This document shows, piece by piece, positions 39,016 through 48,428 of a stretch of DNA of 49,795 bases (the first letter of the stretch is position 1; each line of letters begins with the position of its first letter). The DNA comes from Patescibacteria group bacterium (GTDB lineage: Bacteria > Patescibacteriota > Microgenomatia > UBA8517). Both the position numbers and the translations under genes were made by a program. The notes under the pieces were generated by a model. The model made no database searches, was not told the origin of the DNA, and saw only the letters and a list, made by a program, of their open reading frames with translations. The stretch is taken from the NCBI GenBank assembly GCA_038062745.1, contig JBBTWO010000019.1, positions 1 through 49,795 of the forward strand. The letters run 5' to 3'.

Positions 39016-40113
39016 TTATCTAACTCTTAATTTCTCCATGAGAATAGAATAGAAACGCAGGTTGTGGATGGTTGCTAGTCTGGCTGCTGTATGGTCACCA
39101 ATTCTAAACAGATGGGCTAAATAACTTGCCGTGTAGTTGGTACACAAATGACAGTCACAAGCGGTGGAAACAGCCTGTGGGCTGCTGTAGTGCTTTTGTT
39201 TGTCAGGGACAAAGTAAGAATAAAAATCAGGGGACTGAACATTAATTTCGTCCATTGATTTGGCGTTATAGACATATAATCTTTTGTGTCTGGCATCGCG
39301 AGTGGGGAGAACACAATCAAAAATGTGATACCCCATGTTCACCAGAGCTACTATTTCGTGCGGCTTACCAATACCCAAGCCATACAATAAATAATCTTTG
39401 GGAGAATTGTCTTTAATCGTTTGGGCAGATTCATAGTCAAAACTGCCAGAAGTATTTATTGGCCAACCACCAAAGCCTGCGCCATCAAAACCTATTTTTA
39501 CTAATTCCTGAGCACAATATGCACGTAAATCCTGATATTTTCCTCCTTGAACAACACCTAAGATGTATGGTTTGTCTTCTTGTGCTATTTTTTTCTCTTT
39601 ACAAATTCTCTCAAATTCATCTTTACTGCGCCTTGCCCACAGAAGTGTTCTTTCTACTGTTTCTTTGGCATATTCATATGAGGCATCTGGTGGGGTAAAG
39701 TCATCCAATACAACTACCATATCAGTATCAAGAAGCATTTGGAAAGCAATGGAATCTTCAGGAGTTAATTTTACTTTTGGCTGGCCAGGAACCTGAAAAG
39801 TAACTGCTTCGTCTGTGATTTTTCCTTTACTTCCAGGTTGCTTGGCAATGCTCATTACTTGAAAGCCTCCAGAATCAGAAATAGTACCACCCTGCCAGCT
39901 CATAAATTTGGCAACCCCAGCATGTTTTTTTAAGATTATCTTCCCCAGGTCTTTAATTAAGTGGTAGGTATTAACTAATACTCCAGGAGTTTTAGTGTTT
40001 TCAATATCTACTGAATCTAGAGTTTTTAAAACTGCTCGTGTTGCATCAGGAAAAAAGACTGGCAAGGGAAGGTTGCCAGCATGTTTGGTTTTGAACGTTT
40101 TTGGATTGGCCAT
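39016..40113 (-). CDS. tgt: tRNA-guanine transglycosylase
   Basis: NTYHL, DSGGFQV, GVVQGG, FDCVLPTRDARH, CDCHLC...HN zinc site. Confidence 0.92.
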   Translation of the reverse strand: MANPKTFKTKHAGNLPLPVFFPDATRAVLKTLDSVDIENTKTPGVLVNTYHLIKDLGKIILKKHAGVAKFMSWQGGTISDSGGFQVMSIAKQPGSKGKITDEAVTFQVPGQPKVKLTPEDSIAFQMLLDTDMVVVLDDFTPPDASYEYAKETVERTLLWARRSKDEFERICKEKKIAQEDKPYILGVVQGGKYQDLRAYCAQELVKIGFDGAGFGGWPINTSGSFDYESAQTIKDNSPKDYLLYGLGIGKPHEIVALVNMGYHIFDCVLPTRDARHKRLYVYNAKSMDEINVQSPDFYSYFVPDKQKHYSSPQAVSTACDCHLCTNYTASYLAHLFRIGDHTAARLATIHNLRFYSILMEKLRVR

Positions 40114-40120
40114 AATTTTG

Positions 40121-40192
40121 TGTTCCCGTTCAGAATCGAACTGAAATTCATGGTTTAGGAAACCATAGTTCTATCCGTTGAACTACGGGAAC
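40121..40192 (-). tRNA. tRNA-Arg(CCT)
   Basis: Reverse complement: acceptor GTTCCCG/CGGGAAC, D arm GTTC/GAAC, anticodon arm ATGGT-TTCCTAA-ACCAT, T loop TTCGATT; CCA not encoded. Confidence 0.93.
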
Positions 40193-40217
40193 AGATGGTG
40201 ACATTTTATCACACGCC

Positions 40218-41411
40218 CTACTTAAGATTTAAGGTATACAGGTTGGAGAGGGAATCTGTGGAGCCAAGATTGGTTAGTATTAGTAGTTTTGCTGAATTGG
40301 TATATGGATAAGCATGGGGATAGATATAGGAACCCGAATAAACTATTTGTTTATTGGTGCCATCATATTCTTCAATTATTAGTTTGTCTTTTTGGGGTAA
40401 AATTAAGTGTTTGGAAGTAGGCAGCCAGTAAGTAATTTCATCTTTGGTGGCTACTTCAAAGTTGCGGTCTTCCTTGGTGTCGTAGACATATTTTTTGCCT
40501 TTGCCTATATCTCTGGCCTGTTTTTGTGATGAAGCACCAGGCAATTCTTTGACAATGCCTTCAGGAATTGAAGCACTGTCTGTGGCTGTATAGAGAATTT
40601 TATTCTCATCTGGCGAAAAAACAATGTCAGTGGCTTTGGTGGTTAAGATATCACCAAGTTCGTTAGGTAAATTAGATAGTTGGGCATCAAGCTGTTTTTG
40701 TTCCAGTTCTGCCCATCTTTTTTCAATTTGAGCCAGTTCCAAAACAGTTTGAGCTTTTAATTCACTTTTTGATTTAAACTCAGAAACATCCAGTAAAAAC
40801 TTGTCAGTTGGTGAATCAAGCTTTTTTAAAGTTGCTTGTGTCAATAGTATCTCTTTGGCATCGGGGGACCATTTCCAGGTTGCTGCTGACAAATCTCCAT
40901 CAGTAATTCTCTTTGGTTCTCGGCTGAAGCCAATTGGCAGAGTAACAATTTCGCTTACCCACAAACCTTCTTTGTCGATATCTTTTTCGGTTGAGGCAAC
41001 CGCGTAGGCCACTCTAGTTGAATCTGCTGCTGAAACAGGATTAAGCACGCCCGAGAAAGTAACTGCAGAAAGCGAAGGGGCAGCAGGGAAAAGGGAAGCG
41101 TCAATTTCGGTGACGACCTCCTTTTTAATGACCATGGTTTTACTCCAGGTCAAAAAGCCATTTTTCTTGATTTCTATATTGTAGGTTCCAGGAGCTAGTG
41201 AAATAGTGGCGCTAGTAGCAGTTTTTAGTACTCCATCAATATAAATTTGGGATCCATTAGGTTCAGAATTGACCACCAAAATACCATTTGGGGTAAATTT
41301 GAAGGTTTTGGTATCAAATTTGTAGCCCCTAGCATAGAAAGAAGCCACCAGCCCTAAAAGGGCAACAACTAGGATAGTAGACAAAAAAACCAATATTCTG
41401 ACTTTAGGCAT
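40218..41411 (-). CDS. PEGA-domain membrane-anchored protein with beta-propeller-like repeats
   Basis: N-terminal TM; GILVVNSEPNGSQIYIDG..LAPGTY.IEIKK.GF..W (PEGA); WSPD/FSPD repeats; ATG 41411. Confidence 0.85.
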   Translation of the reverse strand: MPKVRILVFLSTILVVALLGLVASFYARGYKFDTKTFKFTPNGILVVNSEPNGSQIYIDGVLKTATSATISLAPGTYNIEIKKNGFLTWSKTMVIKKEVVTEIDASLFPAAPSLSAVTFSGVLNPVSAADSTRVAYAVASTEKDIDKEGLWVSEIVTLPIGFSREPKRITDGDLSAATWKWSPDAKEILLTQATLKKLDSPTDKFLLDVSEFKSKSELKAQTVLELAQIEKRWAELEQKQLDAQLSNLPNELGDILTTKATDIVFSPDENKILYTATDSASIPEGIVKELPGASSQKQARDIGKGKKYVYDTKEDRNFEVATKDEITYWLPTSKHLILPQKDKLIIEEYDGTNKQIVYSGSYIYPHAYPYTNSAKLLILTNLGSTDSLSNLYTLNLK

Positions 41412-41522
41412 TGCTTTGTCTGTATTGTACCACCAACGAAAATCCTCATCTATTTGACAACTTGACAACTCCACATATTAGGCGTATTATATGGAGTATA
41501 GTCCTTAAAGTAGGCTTAAAAT

Positions 41523-42689
41523 ATGGATAAAACTATTCACAGAGAAATTGCTGATTCATTAAAATCTGATATGTTCAAAGGTAAGGTGCTTATCTTGACT
41601 GGTGCCAGACAGGTTGGTAAAACAACTTTGATGAAATCAATATTGTCAAACTTTGATAATGTCTTGAATTTAAACGCAGATAATCCTACTGATAGGTCAA
41701 AATTGGAAAACCAAGATTTTGAAAAGTTAAATGGATTAGTTGGCAGCAATAAAATTGTCTTTATAGACGAAGCGCAAAAAGTTCCCAATATTGGAGATAC
41801 TTTAAAATTACTTGTCGATAATTACAAAGACACAAAACAAATTATTGCAACTGGCTCCTCAAGTCTTAATCTGCTTTCAAATACTCAAGAACCTCTTACA
41901 GGTAGAAAATACGTCCATGAATTATTCAGTCTTTCAATGCGAGAAATTTTTCCAGGTTTAAACCCTATTGATTTAGAAAAGGAATTGCCAAGTGTGTTAG
42001 TGTATGGAACTTATCCTGAAATATATACAAGCAATGAAAATGACAAGCAACGCCTATTAACAGAAATTGTTGGCAGTTATTTATACCAAGATATTTTGGA
42101 ACTTGAACAAGTAAGAAATCCTGCCACTTTGCAAAAGCTATTGTCGGCAATAGCACTTCAATTGGGATCGGAGGTTTCCTTAAATGAATTAAGCAACTTG
42201 GTAGGTTTAGATTTAAAAACGGTTGAACGATATATTGATTTACTTGAAAAAAATTTCGTTTTGTTTAGGCTTTCCCCTTATTATACAAATCAGCGTAAAA
42301 CACTATCAAAACTAAACAAAATATACTTTTATGATTTAGGTATTAGAAATGCCTTAATCAATAATTTTAATCCTTTGGATCTTAGAAATGATGTTGGTGC
42401 ATTATGGGAGAATTTTCTCATTGTTGAAAGAATGAAATTGCGCCAATTCAAGAATATCTACTCTTCTCAGTATTTTTGGCGTACATATGATGGAGCAGAA
42501 ATTGATTTAGTCGAAGAGCGAGAAGGTAAGCTCTTTGGGTATGAAATTAAATGGAAGAAAAACCGCACACAGCCAAAAAGTTGGTTGGACTATCCAAATT
42601 CGGAATACAAATTAGTTAACCAGGAAAATTTCATTGAGTTTCTCCAAATCACACCGCTGAGTTTTGGAAAAACTGGAGTCAATCAGTAA
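41523..42689 (+). CDS. AAA_14 ATPase with DUF4143 domain
   Basis: GARQVGKTT, FIDEAQ, TGSS, LTGR, KIYFYDLGIRN, G.LWEN, EIDLV..YEIK; the last ~14 codons derive from the repeat at 42644. Confidence 0.9.
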   Translation: MDKTIHREIADSLKSDMFKGKVLILTGARQVGKTTLMKSILSNFDNVLNLNADNPTDRSKLENQDFEKLNGLVGSNKIVFIDEAQKVPNIGDTLKLLVDNYKDTKQIIATGSSSLNLLSNTQEPLTGRKYVHELFSLSMREIFPGLNPIDLEKELPSVLVYGTYPEIYTSNENDKQRLLTEIVGSYLYQDILELEQVRNPATLQKLLSAIALQLGSEVSLNELSNLVGLDLKTVERYIDLLEKNFVLFRLSPYYTNQRKTLSKLNKIYFYDLGIRNALINNFNPLDLRNDVGALWENFLIVERMKLRQFKNIYSSQYFWRTYDGAEIDLVEEREGKLFGYEIKWKKNRTQPKSWLDYPNSEYKLVNQENFIEFLQITPLSFGKTGVNQ

Positions 42690-42754
42690 ATCTATCAGCA
42701 GATGATCTTTCAGAGAAGGAAATGTTAGAAATAATTTCTGAATACATTAACTAG
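42644..42754 (+). pseudogene. 3' remnant of a CYTH-like gene (diverged copy of 47178-47284)
   Basis: 107-bp alignment with 12 mismatches by hand count; reads PNHTAEFWKNWSQSVNLSADDLSEKEMLEIISEYIN*. Confidence 0.85.
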
Positions 42755-42812
42755 AAGGACGGGTACCACCAATAAAAATACCCATCTATTTCCTGCTTAT
42801 TTGTGAGATAAT

Positions 42813-43346
42813 ATGTCTATGATCTTAAAAGATCCAAACGAAATTAATTTTCTAGAGACTTTACAAGCAGAGTTTCTAAAACTTTTTGGAAACCTTGGCT
42901 ACAGAAAAAAGGTGTGTGCAGTCATTGTGGATGACAAAAGGAATTTCCTAATAGATCAATTAACTAGTTATGGAGATAATCAATGGAATTTTTCGGGAGG
43001 AGGAATTGAAGAGGATGAAACTCCTAAGAAAGCATTACTCAGAGAATTAAAAGAAGAACTAGGATCTACTAATTTCAAGATAATTAAAGAGAGTAATATT
43101 GTCAGTAAATATAACTGGCCTAATTCAGTCATTATAAAAAGATTAAAAAAGGATAGAAAGACATGGAGAGGCCAGGAAGCAATATATTTCCTGGTTGAGT
43201 ATTTAGGCAAAAAAGAGGATCTAAAACCAGATCCCGAGGAAATAAGAAAGATTAAATGGATTAAAAAGAATGAATTTTCTAAATATTTTATATTTACAAA
43301 TCAAACTGAAGAAACAGAGTTGGTTTTGAAAGACTTACAAATTTAA
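42813..43346 (+). CDS. NUDIX hydrolase (RppH/Ap4A hydrolase-like)
   Basis: GGGIEEDETPKKALLRELKEELG Nudix box; WRGQ...YF. Confidence 0.88.
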   Translation: MSMILKDPNEINFLETLQAEFLKLFGNLGYRKKVCAVIVDDKRNFLIDQLTSYGDNQWNFSGGGIEEDETPKKALLRELKEELGSTNFKIIKESNIVSKYNWPNSVIIKRLKKDRKTWRGQEAIYFLVEYLGKKEDLKPDPEEIRKIKWIKKNEFSKYFIFTNQTEETELVLKDLQI

Positions 43347-43364
43347 CATAGCCATAAATTTCAT

Positions 43365-43958
43365 ATGAACAACCTAACAAGTTTTTATTTTTATCATAAT
43401 TCAAAATCAAATACTTTAGATGTAATTTTATGTGGAGGATCATATGGCATTGACACTGATTTTATGCAAAAGGTATTTACCCACTCAAAAGAAAAAGGAA
43501 ATGGTGTAATTTTATTCAATTTTCCATATTTTGAAAGGGGTGAAGAACATTCTTCTGGAGAGGAATTACTTGAAGAATTAGAAACACTTCAAAAGATGCT
43601 TGATGTTGCAGGATATAAGAATTACAAAAAAATAAGACTTATTGCAAAATCACTTGGAGGAATAGTTGCAAGTTTTTGTCTTGATAAACTTCCAAAAAGT
43701 GAGCATGATAAATTTGAAATTATAATTTTGGGATTTGTTGTAGGAAGCCCAAAGCTTAATAATTTTACTGGGAAAATCACTATTATCCAAGGACAGAAAG
43801 ATAAATTTGGAGGTATAGAAGCAGTAAAGAAGGAATTGATAAATGCAAAATCAAAAAATATAAGATTTATTGAAATTCCAAATGCCAATCATAGTTTTAA
43901 AGACGCAAAAACTGACAAGCCAGCTTATGAAGATATTGCCATTAACAGTATAGATTAA
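43365..43958 (+). CDS. alpha/beta hydrolase
   Basis: AKSLGG nucleophile elbow, QGQKD, ANHSF. Confidence 0.8.
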   Translation: MNNLTSFYFYHNSKSNTLDVILCGGSYGIDTDFMQKVFTHSKEKGNGVILFNFPYFERGEEHSSGEELLEELETLQKMLDVAGYKNYKKIRLIAKSLGGIVASFCLDKLPKSEHDKFEIIILGFVVGSPKLNNFTGKITIIQGQKDKFGGIEAVKKELINAKSKNIRFIEIPNANHSFKDAKTDKPAYEDIAINSID

Positions 43959-43974
43959 TTGGTAAGCCAAAATT

Positions 43975-44319
43975 ATGAAAACAAAAGCAAAGCAATTTTT
44001 AGGAAAAGAGGTTGAAGTTATAATTGATAGGCCTTTGGGAAGCAAACATCCAAAACATGGATTTATTTATGAAGTGAATTATGGATATGTTCCAAACACA
44101 AAATCTCCTGACGGAGAAGAGCTCGACGCATATTATTTGGGAGTAGATATATCTCTAAAAAAGGCAATTGGAATTTGTGTTGCTATAATTCATAGAATCA
44201 ATGATGACGATGACAAATTAATTGTTGTTTCTAATGATAACAGGGACATAAGTAATGAAGAAATAGATAAATTAACAAATTTTCAAGAACAATGGTTTGA
44301 ACATCAGATAGTTAGATAG
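43975..44319 (+). CDS. small family I inorganic pyrophosphatase-like protein
   Basis: YEVNYGYVPNT..PDGEELDAY, DDDDKLIV. Confidence 0.85.
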   Translation: MKTKAKQFLGKEVEVIIDRPLGSKHPKHGFIYEVNYGYVPNTKSPDGEELDAYYLGVDISLKKAIGICVAIIHRINDDDDKLIVVSNDNRDISNEEIDKLTNFQEQWFEHQIVR

Positions 44320-44332
44320 AGCTAGAAATAGA

Positions 44333-45139
44333 TTATTTAAAATTTTGAGTTACCTGATAATAAATCTCAGAACCATTAATGTCTTTATCTAATAATTCTT
44401 TGTTTATTTTACTTTCAAAGATTATGTTTTTGGCTTCGTTTTTTGTCATTTTTTTGTTGTCAATCAACTTGGCATATTTAATTAACCCTTCTCTTAAAGA
44501 GTTTTTAGCCAGTTGATCTTCATGTTGATAGATATATTGCCTTAAAAATAGCGCTAGATTTTTATTTTCGATTGGATCTGGAAGCTTAATAAGCTCGATT
44601 ACCATTGAATTAGTTCTGGGAACTGGAATAAACTTTTCTTTATGTACCTCCAGCAATGTTTTTACTTTAAAAAAAGACCCAAAGACTGGGTTAATCTCTA
44701 TTTTATTTACAAACTTAATCGGAACAAGAAGAATAACCTTGTCATATTCTAGAAATGTTAAGTTGTGTAAGAATTTTTCAACAAAGGAGTATGGCAAGTT
44801 GGAGACTACTTTATTATATTCTTTCCTTTTCTTCCATTTCCCGTGAAGTTGAATATATTCCCAAGCATCTTCAATTCTGACATCAACATTGTGTGGCAAT
44901 TTGTTTAAAAATGGCTTAAACTTCTTATCTACTTCAAAGGCAATGACACGCCCAGCATTTTTTGCAATTACTTCTGTTAAATTTCCAAGACCCGCTCCAA
45001 CTTCCAAAACTACATCATTCTTGTTTAAGTTTGCAAATCCAACAATCTTTTTAATGATTTGATCGTCATTCAAAAAGAACTGGTCTTTTAAAGGATCTGG
45101 AATAATTTTATATTTTTGGAGTATTTGTTTAATTTCCAT
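44333..45139 (-). CDS. KsgA/Erm-family rRNA adenine methyltransferase-like protein
   Basis: DQFFL.D, VLEVGAGLG.LT, FEVD, VVSNLPY, F.PVP. Confidence 0.82.
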   Translation of the reverse strand: MEIKQILQKYKIIPDPLKDQFFLNDDQIIKKIVGFANLNKNDVVLEVGAGLGNLTEVIAKNAGRVIAFEVDKKFKPFLNKLPHNVDVRIEDAWEYIQLHGKWKKRKEYNKVVSNLPYSFVEKFLHNLTFLEYDKVILLVPIKFVNKIEINPVFGSFFKVKTLLEVHKEKFIPVPRTNSMVIELIKLPDPIENKNLALFLRQYIYQHEDQLAKNSLREGLIKYAKLIDNKKMTKNEAKNIIFESKINKELLDKDINGSEIYYQVTQNFK

Positions 45140-46082
45140 TTAATGATTCCTTGAGTCTTTCAACGTCTTTTGTTTTTAACATTTCAATAATCTGAGACTT
45201 GTAAACCGTTAGATATTTTGCCAAAGCTGGGGTAAGATCTAAACTTAAAGATTCCTCAACTGTAAAAAAGCCAATCTCCTGACCTTCATCTTGTCCAAGT
45301 TTAAATTTACTTGTCTCATTATCATCTATGAAGCAGATGTAAACAGAAACTTGAGCACTATCTGCATTCTTAGCCTTACCTAAAAACTGAATATTTTTTG
45401 GAATATATGAAACTTCTTCCTGTAGCTCTCTTTTTACTGCTTCTAAATGTGTTTCATCATCCTCCACACCACCACCAGGTAATTGCCAAAGGTTTGGATG
45501 GGGAATAGTTGGAATATCATCTCTGTGAAACAAAAGTATTTTCTCGTTCCAACAGATTAGAGCAGTTGCAGAATCTTTTGCTAAGATTCTGTTGTAAAAC
45601 TCATATTTTTTTCTTTGATAATCTCTAAATGATTTTCCATCCATACTTTCTTTTAAAATTTTGTATTCTTCAAGTAAATTTTTGTTTGACTTTAAAATTT
45701 CAAAAACTTTAATTTGTCTTTGAAGCGATTCTGAAGCTGGATCTGTTAAATATAGTTCTACATCAAACCCTTCCCTTTCAAACTTCCAAGCAATTGAAGG
45801 AGGTCTTTTTGTTTTTGGTTTACCAAATATCTCAATTAATTTTGATAAATAAAGATTGAAATTCGAAGTTGGACTTAAAACATAGATATCAATGTCATTT
45901 TGGCCAGAGATTTCCAAAGCTGCCGCACCGAGGTGAAGTATTTCTACATTTGGAAGGGCGTCTTTAATCCTTAGAATAATAGAACCAGCAACCTCATTTA
46001 TTCTGGGATCATACGGTTTAACAAATACTCGCTTCTTCCCAGGAATTGTTTTTAAATAATTTTCTTCTACTTGAGTAATCAT
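45129..46082 (-). CDS. GrpB-like nucleotidyltransferase-fold domain fused to a NUDIX hydrolase
   Basis: V.PYDP, HLGAA...ISGQNDIDI, EY..LK..Y...K..F; then WQLPGGGVEDDETHLEAVKRELQEE. Confidence 0.8.
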   Translation of the reverse strand: MITQVEENYLKTIPGKKRVFVKPYDPRINEVAGSIILRIKDALPNVEILHLGAAALEISGQNDIDIYVLSPTSNFNLYLSKLIEIFGKPKTKRPPSIAWKFEREGFDVELYLTDPASESLQRQIKVFEILKSNKNLLEEYKILKESMDGKSFRDYQRKKYEFYNRILAKDSATALICWNEKILLFHRDDIPTIPHPNLWQLPGGGVEDDETHLEAVKRELQEEVSYIPKNIQFLGKAKNADSAQVSVYICFIDDNETSKFKLGQDEGQEIGFFTVEESLSLDLTPALAKYLTVYKSQIIEMLKTKDVERLKESLNGN

Positions 46083-46115
46083 CGTGACTATTATACGCTT
46101 TAATTGGCCTTAGAG

Positions 46116-46622
46116 ATGAAAGACAATAACTATCCAACTAGTACCTTTGAATGGGAAGGGAAACAAATAAATGTGATTTGGATTAGGACAGATTCATTGG
46201 AAGAGTTCTCACCAATAACTCAGGTATATGGAATTTGCTTTAATGATAAAGATGAAATTTTAATTTGCAGAAGAAATAAAGAAGATGGATGGCAAATTCC
46301 AGGAGGCCATCCAGAAAAGGGAGAGACAATTGAAGAAACTTTAAAAAGAGAATTATTGGAAGAAGTTGATGTTAAATCAAAAAAAATAAAAATCCTTGGA
46401 GTGCAAAAGGTATACCCTAAAGATGAACTAGAAAAATTTAGTTACCAATTAAGATGTGTTTGTGAAGTTGATAAACTACTCCCTCAGACTCCAGATCCAG
46501 ACAATGGAGATACTTGGGAGAGGAAATTTATTCCTGCACAAGAAGCAGTTAATTACATTAAATGGGGATTAACAGGAGATATTATGTTTAAAGATGCAAT
46601 TAGTTTATGGAAATCTATTTAA
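46116..46622 (+). CDS. NUDIX hydrolase
   Basis: WQIPGGHPEKGETIEETLKRELLEEV. Confidence 0.9.
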   Translation: MKDNNYPTSTFEWEGKQINVIWIRTDSLEEFSPITQVYGICFNDKDEILICRRNKEDGWQIPGGHPEKGETIEETLKRELLEEVDVKSKKIKILGVQKVYPKDELEKFSYQLRCVCEVDKLLPQTPDPDNGDTWERKFIPAQEAVNYIKWGLTGDIMFKDAISLWKSI

Positions 46623-46697
46623 AAGAAAATTATTAAAGGACAAACAATTTTTGGTTGATAATATATTCTTGCCTCATTTTTATTGATATAATCACTT

Positions 46698-47291
46698 ATG
46701 TCGGATGAAAAGGAAATATTGTCGATTTTGTCTTTTGATGAATTTAAAAATTTATCAGTTTCTCTTAATAAATCACTCAAAGGTTCAAAATCAATAAAAA
46801 GATTATCTATTCAATGCACCAATTATGATTATCAGAATCTAGATACTAGAATAAGGATAACTAACGGCAAGTCTGAAATTATGCAAAAGATTGGTGATTG
46901 GAAGTCAGACGTACGACAAGAAATAAGCATACCGCTTAAAAGTGATTCCGATTTAATACTGAAAACCTTAAAAATACTTCGCAATATTACAAAGGGAGAA
47001 AATATTCAAACTTCCATAATTCAATTAGAAAATACAGTTTATAAACAGAAAGACTTTGAAATAAAGCTAACACACCAATTTGGTAAAAAAGATGTTTATA
47101 ATTGTGAAATCGAAGTATTTGATTCAAAACTTGATCCAAAAGACATAGCAAGTAATTTTAATATACCGTTACACTTACCAGATCATACTGCTGAGTTTTG
47201 GAAAAATTGGAGTGAATCTGTAAATCTCTCAGCAGACGGCCTTTCAGACAAAGAAATGTTAGAAATAATTTCTGAATACATTAAAATCTAG
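46698..47291 (+). CDS. CYTH-like (triphosphate tunnel) protein
   Basis: N-terminal EKE, RIR, K, RQEI, EIE pattern. Confidence 0.6.
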   Translation: MSDEKEILSILSFDEFKNLSVSLNKSLKGSKSIKRLSIQCTNYDYQNLDTRIRITNGKSEIMQKIGDWKSDVRQEISIPLKSDSDLILKTLKILRNITKGENIQTSIIQLENTVYKQKDFEIKLTHQFGKKDVYNCEIEVFDSKLDPKDIASNFNIPLHLPDHTAEFWKNWSESVNLSADGLSDKEMLEIISEYIKI

Positions 47292-47429
47292 CTTTTTTAC
47301 CAAAGGGGGTTGCGATTCGATTTAGAACTTACGAAGTCTTAAAGTACAGATTACGTACTCCCTGGTAAACGAAGCTTATGAAAAGCATGGCGGAAATGAT
47401 ACAATGCGACATATTTGTAAGAAATATTC

Positions 47430-48428
47430 ATGAGAGAAGAAGCTGAAGCAAAAATTGGAATAGTTGGAACAGGGTTTATTGCCAGAGGTCTAAGTTATTC
47501 GCTGCGAAATGATGAGTCGCTTGAGATCTCGAGAGTGTTAACTCGAAGAAAACCAGAGCAGGTGTGTGACTTAGCTGTAAATAATTGTCAGATAACCAAT
47601 TCTATCCAAGAACTTGTTGATACCTCGGACATTGTAGTTGAGTGCAGTGGTGACCCAATATACGCAACGAAAGTTTTATTAGCTGTGATGGATGCAGGCA
47701 TTCCTGTTGTTACAATGGATTCGGAACTTCAAGTTACAACAGGTAGCTGGTTGGCAAGAAAAGGATTAATCACTGAAGCTGAAGGTGACCAGCCAGGAAG
47801 TATCGCTGCGCTCCATCATGAGGTGTTGGCAATGGGGTTTGAACCTATTGTTTTGGGGAACATTAAGGGTTTTTTGAACCACACACCTACTGAGGATGAA
47901 ATGAAATATTGGGCGGGCAGGAGTGGTATTAGTTTGGAACAAGTAACTTCTTTCACAGATGGTACAAAAATCCAAATTGAGCAGACATTGGTTGCAAATG
48001 GATTAGGGGCAGAGATAGCACAAAGGGGATTAATTGGAGTTGAGTGTGTAGATTATCAAGACGGAGCCAAAAAATTAGCTGAAAATGCCGATAGCCTTGG
48101 GTTAAAAATTAGCGATTATGTTTTGTCTCCAAAGTCTCCTGCTGGTGTTTTATTAAACAATGGTGAAAATCCTCATGCAAGTGTTGCTACGGTAGCCAAA
48201 AGACGGCTCTTTCCAGGAGAAGTGTTAAAGCGAGGAATTGGAAGTTTCACCGTTCGAGGAGAAGCTGTTAAGATTGCTGACTATCCTGAGCATCTACCAA
48301 TAGGTCTTGTATTTGATGTTGTGCTTAAGAGATATGTTGAGCCAGGGCAAATTATTACCTTTGACGATATTGAAATTCCAGAAAGTCAAGCACTTGTTGC
48401 ATGGCAAGAAACAATCAAACAAAAATGA
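47430..48428 (+). CDS. NAD(P)-dependent oxidoreductase (homoserine dehydrogenase-like) with C-terminal SAF domain
   Basis: IGIVGTGFIA, VVECSGD, AEGDQPG, SFTDGTK..IEQ.LVAN; SAF: VAKR.L.PGE.L...LPIGL....L...V..GQ.ITFDD. Confidence 0.82.
   Translation: MREEAEAKIGIVGTGFIARGLSYSLRNDESLEISRVLTRRKPEQVCDLAVNNCQITNSIQELVDTSDIVVECSGDPIYATKVLLAVMDAGIPVVTMDSELQVTTGSWLARKGLITEAEGDQPGSIAALHHEVLAMGFEPIVLGNIKGFLNHTPTEDEMKYWAGRSGISLEQVTSFTDGTKIQIEQTLVANGLGAEIAQRGLIGVECVDYQDGAKKLAENADSLGLKISDYVLSPKSPAGVLLNNGENPHASVATVAKRRLFPGEVLKRGIGSFTVRGEAVKIADYPEHLPIGLVFDVVLKRYVEPGQIITFDDIEIPESQALVAWQETIKQK

Noticed and set aside
36131-40192. tRNAs lacking encoded CCA as pseudogenes
   Set aside because: Cloverleaves are intact; CCA is commonly added post-transcriptionally.
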